Assembly (NCBI GenBank): GCA_964016885.1
Contig: OZ024755.1
Location: 35,898,001 to 35,962,000 of the forward strand
Reading direction: 5' to 3'
Length of the DNA: 64,000 bases
From: Eledone cirrhosa
Taxonomy: Eukaryota
Shown here: positions 12,401 to 23,451 of the stretch, in pieces
Position numbering within the stretch: position 1 is the first letter of the stretch
Layout: every line of letters starts with the position of its first letter
The notes under the pieces: generated by a model
Database searches by the model: none
Told to the model about the DNA's origin: nothing
The model's input: the letters and a program-made list of their open reading frames with translations, nothing else
Translations under genes and position numbers: made by a program

Positions 12401-14318
12401 CACCCACTGTCACTGCCTCCATCTCTCCCACTCTCGCCATCTTTCATATACAGCAGGTCCAAACACAAAGGAACCAAACACCCACTGTCAATGCCTCCAT
12501 CTCTCCCACTCTCGCCATCTCTCATATACACCAGGTTCAAACACAAAGGAACCAAACTCCCACTGTCACTGCCTCCATCTCTCCCACTCTCGCCATCTCT
12601 CATATACACCAGGTTCAAACACAAAGGAACCAAACACCCACTGTCACTGCCTCCATCTCTCCCACTCTCCCCATCTCTCATATACACCAGGTCCAAACAC
12701 AAAGGAACCAAACACCCACTGTCACTGCCTCCATCTCTCCCACTCTCGCCATCTCTCATATACACCAGGTTCAAACACAAAGGAACCAAACACCCACTGT
12801 CACTGCCTCCATCTCTCCCACTCTCCCCATCTCTCATATACACCAGGTCCAAACACAAAGGAACCAAACACCCACTGTCACTGCCTCCATCTCTCCCACT
12901 CTCGCCATCTCTCATATACACCAGGTTCAAACACAAAGGAACCAAACTCCCACTGTCACTGCCTCCACCTCTCCCACTCTCCCCATCTCTCATATACACC
13001 AGGTCCAACCACAAAGGAACTAAACTCCCACTGTCACTGCCTCCGTCTCACCCACTCTCACCATCTCTCATATACACCAGGTCCAAACACAAAGGAACCA
13101 AACACCCACTGTCACTGCCTCCATCTCTCCCACTCTCCCCATCTCTCATATACACCAGGTCCAAACACAAAGGAACTAAACTCCCACTGTCACTGCCTCC
13201 GTCTCTCCCACTCTCCCCATCTCTCATATACACCAGGTCCAAACACAAAGGAACCAAACACCCACTGTCACTGCCTCCATCTCTCCCACTCTCCCCATCT
13301 CTCATATACACCAGGTCCAAACACAAAGGAACCAAACACCCACTGTCACTGCCTCCATCTCTCCCACTCTCGCCATCTTTCATATACAGCAGGTCCAAAC
13401 ACAAAGGAACCAAACTCCCACTGTCACTGCCCCTGTCTCTCCCACTCTCCCCATGTTTCATATACACCAGGTCCAAACACAAAGGAACCAAACTCCCACT
13501 GTCACTGCCTCCGTCTCTCCCACTTTCCCCATCTCTCATATACACCAGGTCCAAACACAAAGGAACCAAACACCCACTGTCACTGCCTCCATCTCTCCCA
13601 CTCTCGCCATCTCTCATATACACCAGGTTCAAACACAAAGGAACCAAACTCCCACTGTCAATGCCTCCATCTCTCCCACTCTCCCCATCTCTCATATACA
13701 CCAGGTCCAAACACAAAGGAACCAAACACCCACTGTCACTGCCTCCATCTCTCCCACTCTCCCCATCTCTCATATACACCAGGTCCAAACACAAAGGAAC
13801 TAAACTCCCACTGTCACTGCCTCCGTCTCACCCACTCTCCCCATCTCTCATATACACCAGGTCCAAACACAAAGGAACCAAACACCCACTGTCACTGCCT
13901 CCATCTCTCCCACTCTCCCCATCTCTCATATACACCAGGTCCAAACACAAAGGAACCAAACACCCACTGTCACTACCTCCGTCTCTCCCACTCTCCCCAT
14001 CTCTCATATACACCAGGTCCAAACACAAAGGAACCAAACACCCACTGTCACTGCCTCCGTCTCTCCCACTCTCCCCATCTCTCATATACACCAGATCTGA
14101 ACACAAAGGAACCAAACTCCCACCGTCACTGCCTCCATCTCTCCCACTCTCCCCATCTCTCATATACACCAGGTCCAAACACAAAGGAACCAAACACCCA
14201 CTGTCACTGCCTCCGTCTCTCCCACTCTCCCCATCTCTCATATACACCAGGTCCAAACACAAAGGAACCAAACACCCACTGTCACTGCCTCCATCTCTCC
14301 CACTCTCGCCATCTCTCA
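6491..14318. repeat. 7.8-kb array of the 78-bp minisatellite, about 100 copies, with higher-order structure
   Basis: Same unit as 2893-3435. The 26-codon stop-free unit explains the giant ORFs on both strands. Confidence 0.98.
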
Positions 14319-14379
14319 CTAATATGAGAAAATTGGGGCCCAGACACTGGCCACCCTGCGGCCTTGGTGGGCAGAATAG

Positions 14380-15192
14380 ATTTATTACTGGTACTTCATT
14401 TTATCGACCCAGGTAAGGATGAAAGACAAAGTTAACCTCGGCGGGATTTGAACTCACACCGTAAAGGGCCGTAACTCTATGCAGCAAAGCATGGCGTCCG
14501 ACCCTCTACTGATACTGCATAATATTATTATTATTATGATATAAAGGGCGGTAGATTGGCAGTATCGGTAGAGGGTCGGACGCCATGCTTTGACGCATAG
14601 AGTTACGTCCGTCCCTTGCCATTCTGAGTTCAAATCCCGCCGAGGTTAACTTTGCCTTTCATCCTTACGGGGTCGATAAAATAAAGTACCAGTAATGTAC
14701 TGGGATAATTGCTGGCCTTGTGCTAATAGTAGAAATAATTATTATTATTCACACTAGAATACATTCAGTAATAATATAATATTCTCATTATTAAGTATAG
14801 GCGGTGGATTGGCAGTATCGGTAGAGGGTCGGACGCCATGCTTTGCAGCAAAGTGTTATGGCCCTTTATGGTCTGAGTTCAATCCTGCCGAGGTTAACTT
14901 TGCCTTTCATCCTTACGGGGTCGATAGAATAAAGTACCAGTAATACATTGGAATAATTGCTGGCCTTGTGCCAAAAGTAGAAACAATTATTAAGTATAGA
15001 GTTTGGCGGGATTGGCAGTATAAGTAGAAGGTTGGACGCCATGCTTTGCTGCATAGAGTTATGGCCCTTTACGATCTGAGTTCAAATCCCTCTGAGGTTA
15101 ACTTTGCCTTTCATCCTTACGGGGGTCGATAGAATAAAGTACCAGTAATACAGTAAGGTAATTGTTGGCCTTGAGCTAAAGGTAGAAATAAT
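14380..15192. mobile_element. Cluster of four SINE family A copies (14380-14520 minus; 14546-14740, 14799-14986 and 15003-15192 plus)
   Basis: Head ggcggtggattggcagtatcggtagagggtcggacgccatgc, B box gagttcaaatcc and family core. The TSD attattaagtatag flanks the third copy. Confidence 0.9.
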
Positions 15193-15198
15193 TATTAA

Positions 15199-15407
15199 TC
15201 CTTTAGCATTCACATTACTCTATATATACTATAATATATATTCACGGTAAATGCTTTATCTCACATAATATCGAATCTATGAGATTTTGAAAGTATTTAT
15301 TTTCAGAACAATACTTTAACATCAGTTTGAGTGACCAGTTACAGCCAGTTTCAACAGAAAAGGGTAGAGAATTCTGGCCGGTTTTGGCCGGTTTGAACAT
15401 TAAAGGA
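15199..15407 (+). mobile_element. piggyBac-like MITE (family P1)
   Basis: Slightly diverged copy of the consensus TTAA|ccctttagcattt...aaatgctaaaggg|TTAA. Other copies: about 400-490, 21060-21407 (inverted), 31006-31189, 36847-36947, 37398-37600, 41427-41645 and 63859-64000. Confidence 0.8.
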
Positions 15408-15614
15408 TTAAGCTGATGTTTGGAATATGATGTAATAAAGGTTATCATAAAATTATGATGAAAGCCTTTTTCATAAATAAAGACACTTCTATTGTAAAAC
15501 CAGGAACAGTTTCAGGCTGTTTCGTAACAAAAGAATAAAGCTTTCGCAAAAGAGAAATAAGACAGAAAAAAGTGAATAGCACTGCCTATGGGAATTATAC
15601 AATCTCTGCTCTCT

Positions 15615-15615
15615 C

Positions 15616-15673
<58 letters not shown>

Positions 15674-15882
15674 TCTCTCTCCCTCTATCACCATATATTC
15701 ACATCTCTCTCTCCCTCTATCACCATATATTCACATCTCTCTCTCTCACCATACACACATCTCTCTCTTTCTTTCACCATATATACACATCTCTCTCTCT
15801 CTCTCTCCATCATATATATACACATCTCTCTCTCTCTCACCATATATATATACATCTCTCTCTATCTCTCACCATATATACA

Positions 15883-15925
<43 letters not shown>

Positions 15926-16580
15926 ATATATACATCTCTCTCTCTCTCATCATATATATACATCTCTCTCTATCTCTCACCATATATACACATCTCTCTC
16001 TCTCTCTCTCACCATATATATACATCTCTCTCTCTCTCACACCATATATACACATCTCTCTCTCTCTCACCATATATATACATCTCTCCCTCTCTCTCTC
16101 TCTCTCTCCATATATACACATCTCTCTCTCTCTCTCTCACCATATATATACATCTCTCTCTCTCTCTCTCTCACCATATATACACATCTCTCTCTCTCTC
16201 ACCATATATACACATCTCTCTCTCTCTCTCTCTCTCACCATATATACATCTCTCTCTCTCTCTCACCATATATATACATCTCTCTCTCTCTCTCTCACCA
16301 TATATACACATCTCTCTCTCTCTCTCACCATATATACACATCTCTCTCTCTCTCTCTCACCATATATACACATCTCTCTCTCTCCCTCACCATATATACA
16401 CATCTCTCTCTCTCTCACCATATATACATTCTCTCTCACCATATATACACATCTCTCTCTCTCTCTCACCATATACACACACATCTCTCTCTCTCTCTCA
16501 CCATATACACACATCTCTCTCTCTCACCATATACACACATCTCTCTCTCTCACACCATATACACACATCTCTCTCTCTAT
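15615..16580. repeat. (AT)n followed by a compound minisatellite caccatatatacacat(ct)n
   Basis: Directly visible. Confidence 0.95.
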
Positions 16581-16617
16581 GAATCATAGTTTTTACATAA
16601 TTGCATTTAATCAATAT

Positions 16618-16806
16618 AATAATTGTTTCTACTATTGGCACAAGGCCAGCAATTACGCCAGTGCATTACTGGTACTTTATTTTATCGACTCTGTAAGGAT
16701 GAAAGGCAAAGTTAACCTTGGTGGGATTTGAACTCAGAACGTAAAGGGCCATAACTGTATGCCACAAAGCATGGTGTCTGACGCTCTACCGATACTGCCA
16801 ATCCAA
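16618..16806 (-). mobile_element. SINE family A
   Basis: Reverse complement of the family consensus. Further minus copies lie at 23265-23448, 23529-23985 (cluster), 24602-24830, 34057-34250, 39318-39530, 39568-39740, 47936-48136, 49180-49360 and 56902-56977. Confidence 0.9.
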
Positions 16807-16854
16807 TGATAATAAATAGTATGGACGAGGTGTCAAATTATCATTATGTTTATT

Positions 16855-17163
16855 CAGGAGTGACATGTGTTTCACAATTGATCAGCTCATGGTTCGAGCT
16901 CTATCGAGTGGGCCCAACTCTCGAATCAAAAGCTTATCAGACTTCTGTTAGCTTAATGACGGATATATATAAGGATTGGGAATGAAGTATCAATATAATA
17001 TCAATATATATTTCTTTATTTGCCACAAGGGCACACAAGAAAAGGGGACAATACATATATATCTTTTTATTGACATGTGACACATGTTTCATAGCTGATC
17101 AGCTCAAGGTAAAACAGGTAGGGATTGGGCTCAACTCTGGTATTGATACCTCATCAGACTTGT
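16855..17163 (-). ncRNA. Two related degenerate hammerhead-like motifs with long stem II (16855-16947 and 17073-17163)
   Basis: Minus strand reads cagaagt-CTGATAA...GAAAC-acat-GTC-actcctg and acaagt-CTGATGA...GAAAC-atgt-GTC-acatgt. Flanks pair as stem I with one mismatch each. Confidence 0.5.
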
Positions 17164-17309
17164 TGTTTCTAGAAAGACATAGTTCAGCCCAACACTATAG
17201 TAAAAGATATTTGCCCCCAAAGATGTCATACAACCTGAAATCAGATAGGAAGCAATGCCTATGTTCATATATAGTGACCACACAGCCATAAATATGTTCA
17301 CAAATCATA

Positions 17310-18420
17310 ACTGTTTTACGTCCATTCTTCCACGCTAGCATGGGTTAGACAGGTTGTCCTGTTGTGGGCAGTGTCCAGTCGGCTGACCTTATCTTGCTCA
17401 TACGGGAACTGATTCTGGCTTGATTTCTACCGCTGGATGCCCTTCCTAACACCAACCTGAGTGCTGGGTGCTTCTTTTATTGTAGCGCCTACACGTCCAC
17501 TTTACAGTGTGGGCTGGGTGCTTCTTTGTCGTGAAACCTATACGTCCACTTTACAGTGTGGGCTGGGTGCTTCTTTGTCGTGAACCCTATACGTCCATTT
17601 TACAGTGTGGGCTGGGTTGCTTCTTTGTCGTGAAACCTATATGTCCACTTTACAGTGTGGGATGGGTTGCTTCTTTGTCGTGAAACCTATACGTCCACTT
17701 TACAGTGTGGGCTGGGTGCTTCTTTGTCGTGAACCCTATACGTCCACTTTACAGTGTGGGCTGGGTGCTTCTTTGTCGTGAACCCTATATGTCCACTTTA
17801 CAGTGTGGGCTGGGTCCTTCTTTGTCGTGATACCTATACGTCCACTTTACAGTGTGGGCTGGGTGCTTCTTTGTCGTGAACCCTATATGTCCACTTTACA
17901 GTGTGGGCTGGGTGCTTCTTTGTCGTGAAACCTATACGTCCACTTTACAGTGTGGGCTGGGTGCTTCTTTGTCGTGAAACCTATACGTCCACTTTACAGT
18001 GTGGGCTGGGTTGCTTCTTTGTCGTGAAACCTATACGTCCACTTTACAGTGTGGGCTGGATGCTTCTTTGTCATGATACCTATACGTCCACTTTACAGTG
18101 TGGGCTGGGTGCTTCTTTGTCGTGATACCTATACGTCCACTTTACAGTGCGGGCTGGATGCTTCTTTGTCATGATACCTATATGTTCACTTTACAGTGTG
18201 GGCTGGATGCTTCTTTGTCATGATACCTATATGTTCACTTTACAGTGTGGGCTGGATGCTTCTTTGTCATGATACCTATACGTCCACTTTACAGTGTGGG
18301 CTGGGTTGCTTCTTTGTCATGATACCTATATATTCACTTTACAGTGTGGGCTGGATGCTTCTTTGTCGTGATACCTATACGTCCACTTTACAGTGCGGGC
18401 TGGATGCTTTTTGTCGTGAC
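17310..18420 (-). mobile_element. RTE 3' UTR/SINE tail containing about 22 tandem copies of a 42-43 bp unit (17490-18420)
   Basis: Unit acgtccactttacagtgtgggctgggtgcttctttgtcgtgaaacctat-like, contiguous with the tail sequence ctggatgcccttcctaacaccaacc. Confidence 0.88.
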
Positions 18421-18551
18421 AAATTTAATATAGAAATGGCTGCTACAGGAGTAGGTCTGTTTCATTTGAAGGAAATTATCAGAGCTTTCCTGACGATTTC
18501 CTTTGAATGAAACATTTCTAGTCGTGTAGAAGTCATTTCTATTCTAAATTT
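18421..18551. repeat. Imperfect palindrome with ~62-bp arms (Penelope-like), homologous to 58551-58683
   Basis: aaatttaatatagaaatggc... / ...gtcatttctattctaaattt, with CTGACGA-tttcctttgaat-GAAAC in the right arm. Confidence 0.7.
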
Positions 18552-18859
18552 ATTGTATACACTCTACTAATGTATTGAGTACTTTACTTACCCCCAATTG
18601 AACCCGGGACTCACACACACACACATATATATACATATATGGGGGACGGAGGAAAAGAATGGTTTAAGATAGAATAAATAAGATGAAATTTATATAACAG
18701 AATGCTCAGGTGACTATAAGCTGATTGTGTAAGTTATTACATGGTTGCTTCTTAAACCAGTATCATATATATATATGGAGTGCCCCAGGATAGATGGTAT
18801 CATAATAAGCAATGTAGACAGCTAAATATAGACACATACATGTATACATGCACACACTC

Positions 18860-18971
18860 ACACATGTTCAGTGTGTGTGTGTGAGTGTGTGTGTGTGAGT
18901 GAGTGTGAGTGTGTGTGTATATATATATATGTGTAAAATTAGAATTACAATGCATAATTACATATATACAA

Positions 18972-19040
<69 letters not shown>

Positions 19041-19210
19041 CATATATATACATATACATATATATATATATACATATACATATACATATATATATATATA
19101 CATATACATATATATAGGTATATATATATATATATATATATACATATAGGTATATATATATACACACACATATAGGTATATATATATACACACATACACA
19201 CATATATACA
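18860..19210. repeat. (GT)n and (AT)n/(ATAC)n microsatellites
   Basis: Directly visible. Confidence 0.95.
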
Positions 19211-19491
19211 AAGGAGAAAGGAATGGGCGAGAAAAAGAAATGATAATCTAGAATAATAGACTTAGTAATACAATTAAAGTTGAGATGGAGAAGAGATTGG
19301 AGAAGGAGATGGAGAAGAGATGGAGAAGAGGATGAGGCCAAAGAATAATTTTGTTTATGGGAAACTGAATAGTGAAAGCAAGCTGTAAGATTGCTTTAGG
19401 TTCTCAATGGTGTAAATTCTATTAACTTTTCAAATTAAGGGTGGGAAAAAATAATAAGAAAAAAGTGAAATAAAATGAAATGGCAACATAC

Positions 19492-19599
19492 TGATTTTAA
19501 ATTCCTCAATTCGGGAGTACGGAAATGGATGTCTGAGTTTGTGAATCGCTGTACTCGGTGGGATTTACTTTCAACTTGGCAACTTTGAACTTGGCCTGT
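19492..19599 (-). CDS. MASTL: Probable upstream MASTL exon (non-conserved middle region)
   Basis: Strong acceptor ccttttatttttgtag| and donor TCA|gtatgt bound 108 nt of unique sequence. It is open in phase 0-0 (TGQVQSCQVESKSHRVQRFTNSDIHFRTPELRNLKS) and joins in frame to the phase-0 start of exon 3672-3834. No homology was recognised. Confidence 0.62.
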
Positions 19600-19874
19600 C
19601 TACAAAAATAAAAGGAAAAAAAAATCAACATTAACACTATATTGACCACACTGGAAATGTGGTTGGTGTTAGGAAGGGCAGCCAGCCATAGAAAACCTGC
19701 CAGAGTCAGTCCTATATGAGCAAGGCATGGTCACCTGACCAATCTTGCCTCAAGTGGGACAATTCCCATCTAACCCATGCTAGCGTGGAAGATAGATGTT
19801 AACCGATGATGATGATGATAAGGAGGAGGCTAGCTCACTCTGTAGGATCTGTGGAGAGAGAGAGAGAGAGATAG

Positions 19875-20510
19875 ATATGAAACTGCAAATCACATCGTAT
19901 CCAAGTGTAAACACCTAGCCCAGACTCACTATAAAGGCTGGAGGCACAATATAATAGGAAAGGTGACTCACTGGCATTTATGTAAGCTAAACAATTTACC
20001 ACATTCTGAGAAGTGGTATGAGCATAAGCCAGAGTCAGTGATAGAAAACGATCAGGTGAAGGTGCTATGGGATTTCAGGATACAGACAGACAAGAAATGA
20101 GAACACAATAGGCCTGAGCTGGTGGCTTTTGACAAGGAAAAAAGATTGTGCCTGTTTGTAGATGTAGCCTCCCCCTTTGACACAAGGTTGCAAGAAAAGG
20201 AGGAGAAAATTAACTGATACCAGGATTTAAAGTAGGAATTAAAAAGGACTTGGGACTGTCATGAGATCAAGGTCTTCCCGATTGTCATAGGAGCACTAGG
20301 TACTATCTCAAAGAGTTTTCAAGGATGGTTAAAGAAGATTAGTCCAGCCCCCTTGTTTGGAACACTTCAAAAGGCATGCTTGCTGGGAACAGCAAGAACC
20401 CTCCGTTATGTCCTGAATATCTGAGACTGCAGGTAGTGGCTTGATGTTCATTTGAACAAACTTTCCAGTTAAATAACATCAATGACTGAGACTCCAATAA
20501 TAATAATAAT
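19875..20510 (+). mobile_element. Dong/R4-clade non-LTR retrotransposon 3' fragment (restriction-like endonuclease domain), inactivated
   Basis: Translates, with stops and a frameshift, to YETANHIVSKC..RHN..HWHLCK..KWYEHKPESVIENDQVKVLWDFRIQTD..HNRPELV..VDVASPFD..PIVIGALGTI..LQKACLLGTARTLRYVL. Ends in (TAA)n, as expected for Dong elements. Confidence 0.88.
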
Positions 20511-21511
20511 TATTATTATTATGTTTTCTTTATTAACCACGTGGGTTGACATTAAGTATAACACGGATAATAATAACATAACAACAATAATATGAAAATA
20601 TTTCTTGTTTAACCTTTAATTTTATAGAACAAAAATTCATCTTTATGAAAGGAATATAAAAATTCAATATAGTTAAGAATAATAAATTTTAGATTTCATA
20701 TATTCATTTTTGTTTATTTTTTTAGGCACAATATTTATTCTAGTAACAGTGGTGGTGTGTTTGTATGTGTGGTGTATGAGTTTGTTTGTATGTGTGTATA
20801 TATGAGTACATCGATGTTTGGCACCTCTTAGAAAAGTTATTTATAAATTCTATATACTTCTACAAGATGTTTGTCTGAAGGTGTGTACTTGAAAGCTGAA
20901 TCAATTACCTTCATTCAGTTTATTATCTTTAAATAATCTGTAATGATTTAGGAGAAAATCTCTAACAATGTAGTTTGTTAATTCAAATGTTTATAACATC
21001 TTTACTCGTGGACAGATCATGAACATTGGTAGTACTATACTAAAGCTTTTAGTTTTTAATCCTTTAGCATTTAAACGGGCTGTATCCAGCCAGAATTCTC
21101 TCACCTCTCTCTGTTCAAACCAGCCGTAACCGGCTGCTTATGCTGATGTTAAGGTATTGTTCTTAAAATAAATCTCAAAATCTCATAGATTTGATATTAT
21201 TTGACATAATTATGAGAAGTAAAGTCTCTCATCTCCTTCTGTTCAAACTGGCTGTAACTGATCGCTCATACTGATGTTAAGGTATTGTTCTCAACATAAA
21301 TAATATCAAAATCTCGTAGATTCGATATTATGTGAGATATTATGTAAGGTAAAGTGTTTACCATGAAAATACAATAGTAAATATAGAGTAATGTAAATGT
21401 TAAAGAGTTAATGTAATGCTATCTTTGACTGAGGCAGCCATAACTATATATGTAAATTTGGCTGATCAGCCAATGTAAATAGGCTTCTAAACAATGTTTT
21501 GGCTTATATTA

Positions 21512-21623
21512 TGTTCCAACAGTTGGCAGTCCCAGTTTGATGACAACTAAAGTCAGAAATGATGACGTCATCATCACTGGTTGCCCATACTTAGCTTCTG
21601 TTGGAACACACTAGATGGCACTA
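21512..21623. promoter_or_regulatory. Candidate intronic cis-element: CRE palindrome plus CTCF-like motif associated with an inverted repeat
   Basis: atgaTGACGTCAtcat at 21559-21574; cacactagatggcacta at 21607-21623; tgttccaacag/ctgttggaaca 11-bp inverted repeat. Motif match only. Confidence 0.3.
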
Positions 21624-21683
21624 TGATGTCCGTCTTCAAATCCATAGCGGAAGACTTTCAAAATGTTTATTTATAAACATACC

Positions 21684-21872
21684 GTGACAAGAAATCACAG
21701 TAGAAGGAAGACGCAGTAGAGGAAGACCACGCAAATCATGGGCAGAGGTGGTGAGAGCAGACCTCAGATAGCTGAAGCTCATGGAGGAGGTGACAACTGG
21801 AGAGATACTGTGCTGAATAGGACACATCCCACCCTTGCAAGCAGGGAAAAGCAGACGGATGATGATGATGAT
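21684..21872 (+). mobile_element. RTE LINE 3' fragment (family RTE-B)
   Basis: QEITVEGRRSRGRPRKSWAEVVRADLR...VLNRTHPTLASREK followed by (GAT)n. Confidence 0.88.
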
Positions 21873-22309
21873 ACCATATGTCACCAGATATGCAACTTCG
21901 CGTATTTCATATACAAAGCTATGTTAGAGTTACTGCCCTTATGTTCACTATATTTGTACACATTCCCACCTCTACACAGATGGTCTTTATCCATATATGT
22001 ACGTGTCTATCAAAATATTCATTGCTGAACAATTACATGCAGATTCTTAACACATGCTTGCACACAAGCAAATAATTATACACAACATATTCACTTATCC
22101 CTTGATAGACATACAAAACACTGACCTACAAATATCTAATTCCTAACCAGATATACGCATGCACACAAACATACCTTAAAATTATTGGCCTGCAAATGTC
22201 TAATATGCATATTTAGCCATATGAAATCATTGATATTCTCACATATACGCACACATAATCTTCCACCACGCGTACTGAAAATTCCCTATCTGCACTGATA
22301 TGCCACAGT

Positions 22310-22531
22310 AAACACACACGCACACACGCACGCGCACACATACACAAACATACACAGACACACACACAAACATATACACAAACAGACACACACACAAACA
22401 TACACAGACACACACATACATACATATACAGACACACACACACAGACACACATATACACAAACACAGACACAAACATATACACAAACACAGACACACCGA
22501 CCCACACACACACACACACACAAACATACAC

Positions 22532-22562
<31 letters not shown>

Positions 22563-22872
22563 GACACAAACATATACAGACACACACACAAACACATACA
22601 GATAAACACGCACAAACACATACAGACACACACACAAACAGACACAAACATATACACATACACACACACACAAACACAGACACACACACACATATACAGA
22701 CACACACACAAACATATACAGACACACACAAACATACACAGACACACACACACACACACAAACATACAGACACACAAAAACATATACAGACACACACACA
22801 CACACAAACAAACACAGACATACGCACATATACAGACACATACATACACACACATACACATACAAACACACA
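22310..22872. repeat. Degenerate (CA)n-rich repeat
   Basis: Directly visible. Confidence 0.95.
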
Positions 22873-22994
22873 TAGACTACTCTGAGTAGATACAAACTAA
22901 TTAACTAAACTAAATATTCACAGATGTCTTATACACCCATCATTAATTTAACGACTTCATGGGTGGAGAATTGACAGAATAATTAGTCGCTGTC

Positions 22995-23255
22995 GTCATC
23001 ATCACAATTTTACATCCATTTTTCCATGCTTACATGGTTTGGCTAGGTTCTGTCCAGCACAGCATCTTTCCATGTGTCGTAGTCCTTCATCAATCTGATT
23101 ATTAGATCCAGTGACCCGATATCAACTCTGACAACCTCTTCCCAGGTCTTCCTTGGCTGTCCTCTACTGTAGCTGAAGCTCCCTTGCACTGAAATTTCTT
23201 GGTCATCAACCATACGCATCACATAGCTATACCAGCGCAGTCTTCTCTCCAGTAC
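22995..23255 (-). mobile_element. Old RTE LINE 3' fragment
   Basis: ERRLRWYSYVMRM...RGQPRKTWEEVVRVD...WKDAVLDRT. Confidence 0.82.
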
Positions 23256-23451
23256 AATCATAATATAATTGTTTCTACTTTAGGTACAAGGCCAGCAATT
23301 ACCCAGTGCATTACTGGTACTTTATTTTATCGACCCCCGTAAGGATCAAAAAGGCAAAGTCAACCTCAGCGGGATTTGAACTCAGATCGTAAAGGGACGT
23401 AACTATGCTGGAAAGCATGGTGTCCGACCCTCTACCGATACTGCCAAATAA

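Noticed and set aside
6423-14416. 2634-aa, 688-aa, 641-aa and overlapping minus-strand ORFs (His/Cys-rich or Pro/Ser/Leu-rich repeats)
   Set aside because: They are translations of a stop-free 78-bp unit. The frame drifts at indels, several frames on both strands are open, and the array lies in an intron of the minus-strand kinase gene.
21535-21600. C/D snoRNA or SECIS element
   Set aside because: TGATGA boxes are present, but there is no correctly placed terminal CTGA D box and no SECIS GA quartet partner.
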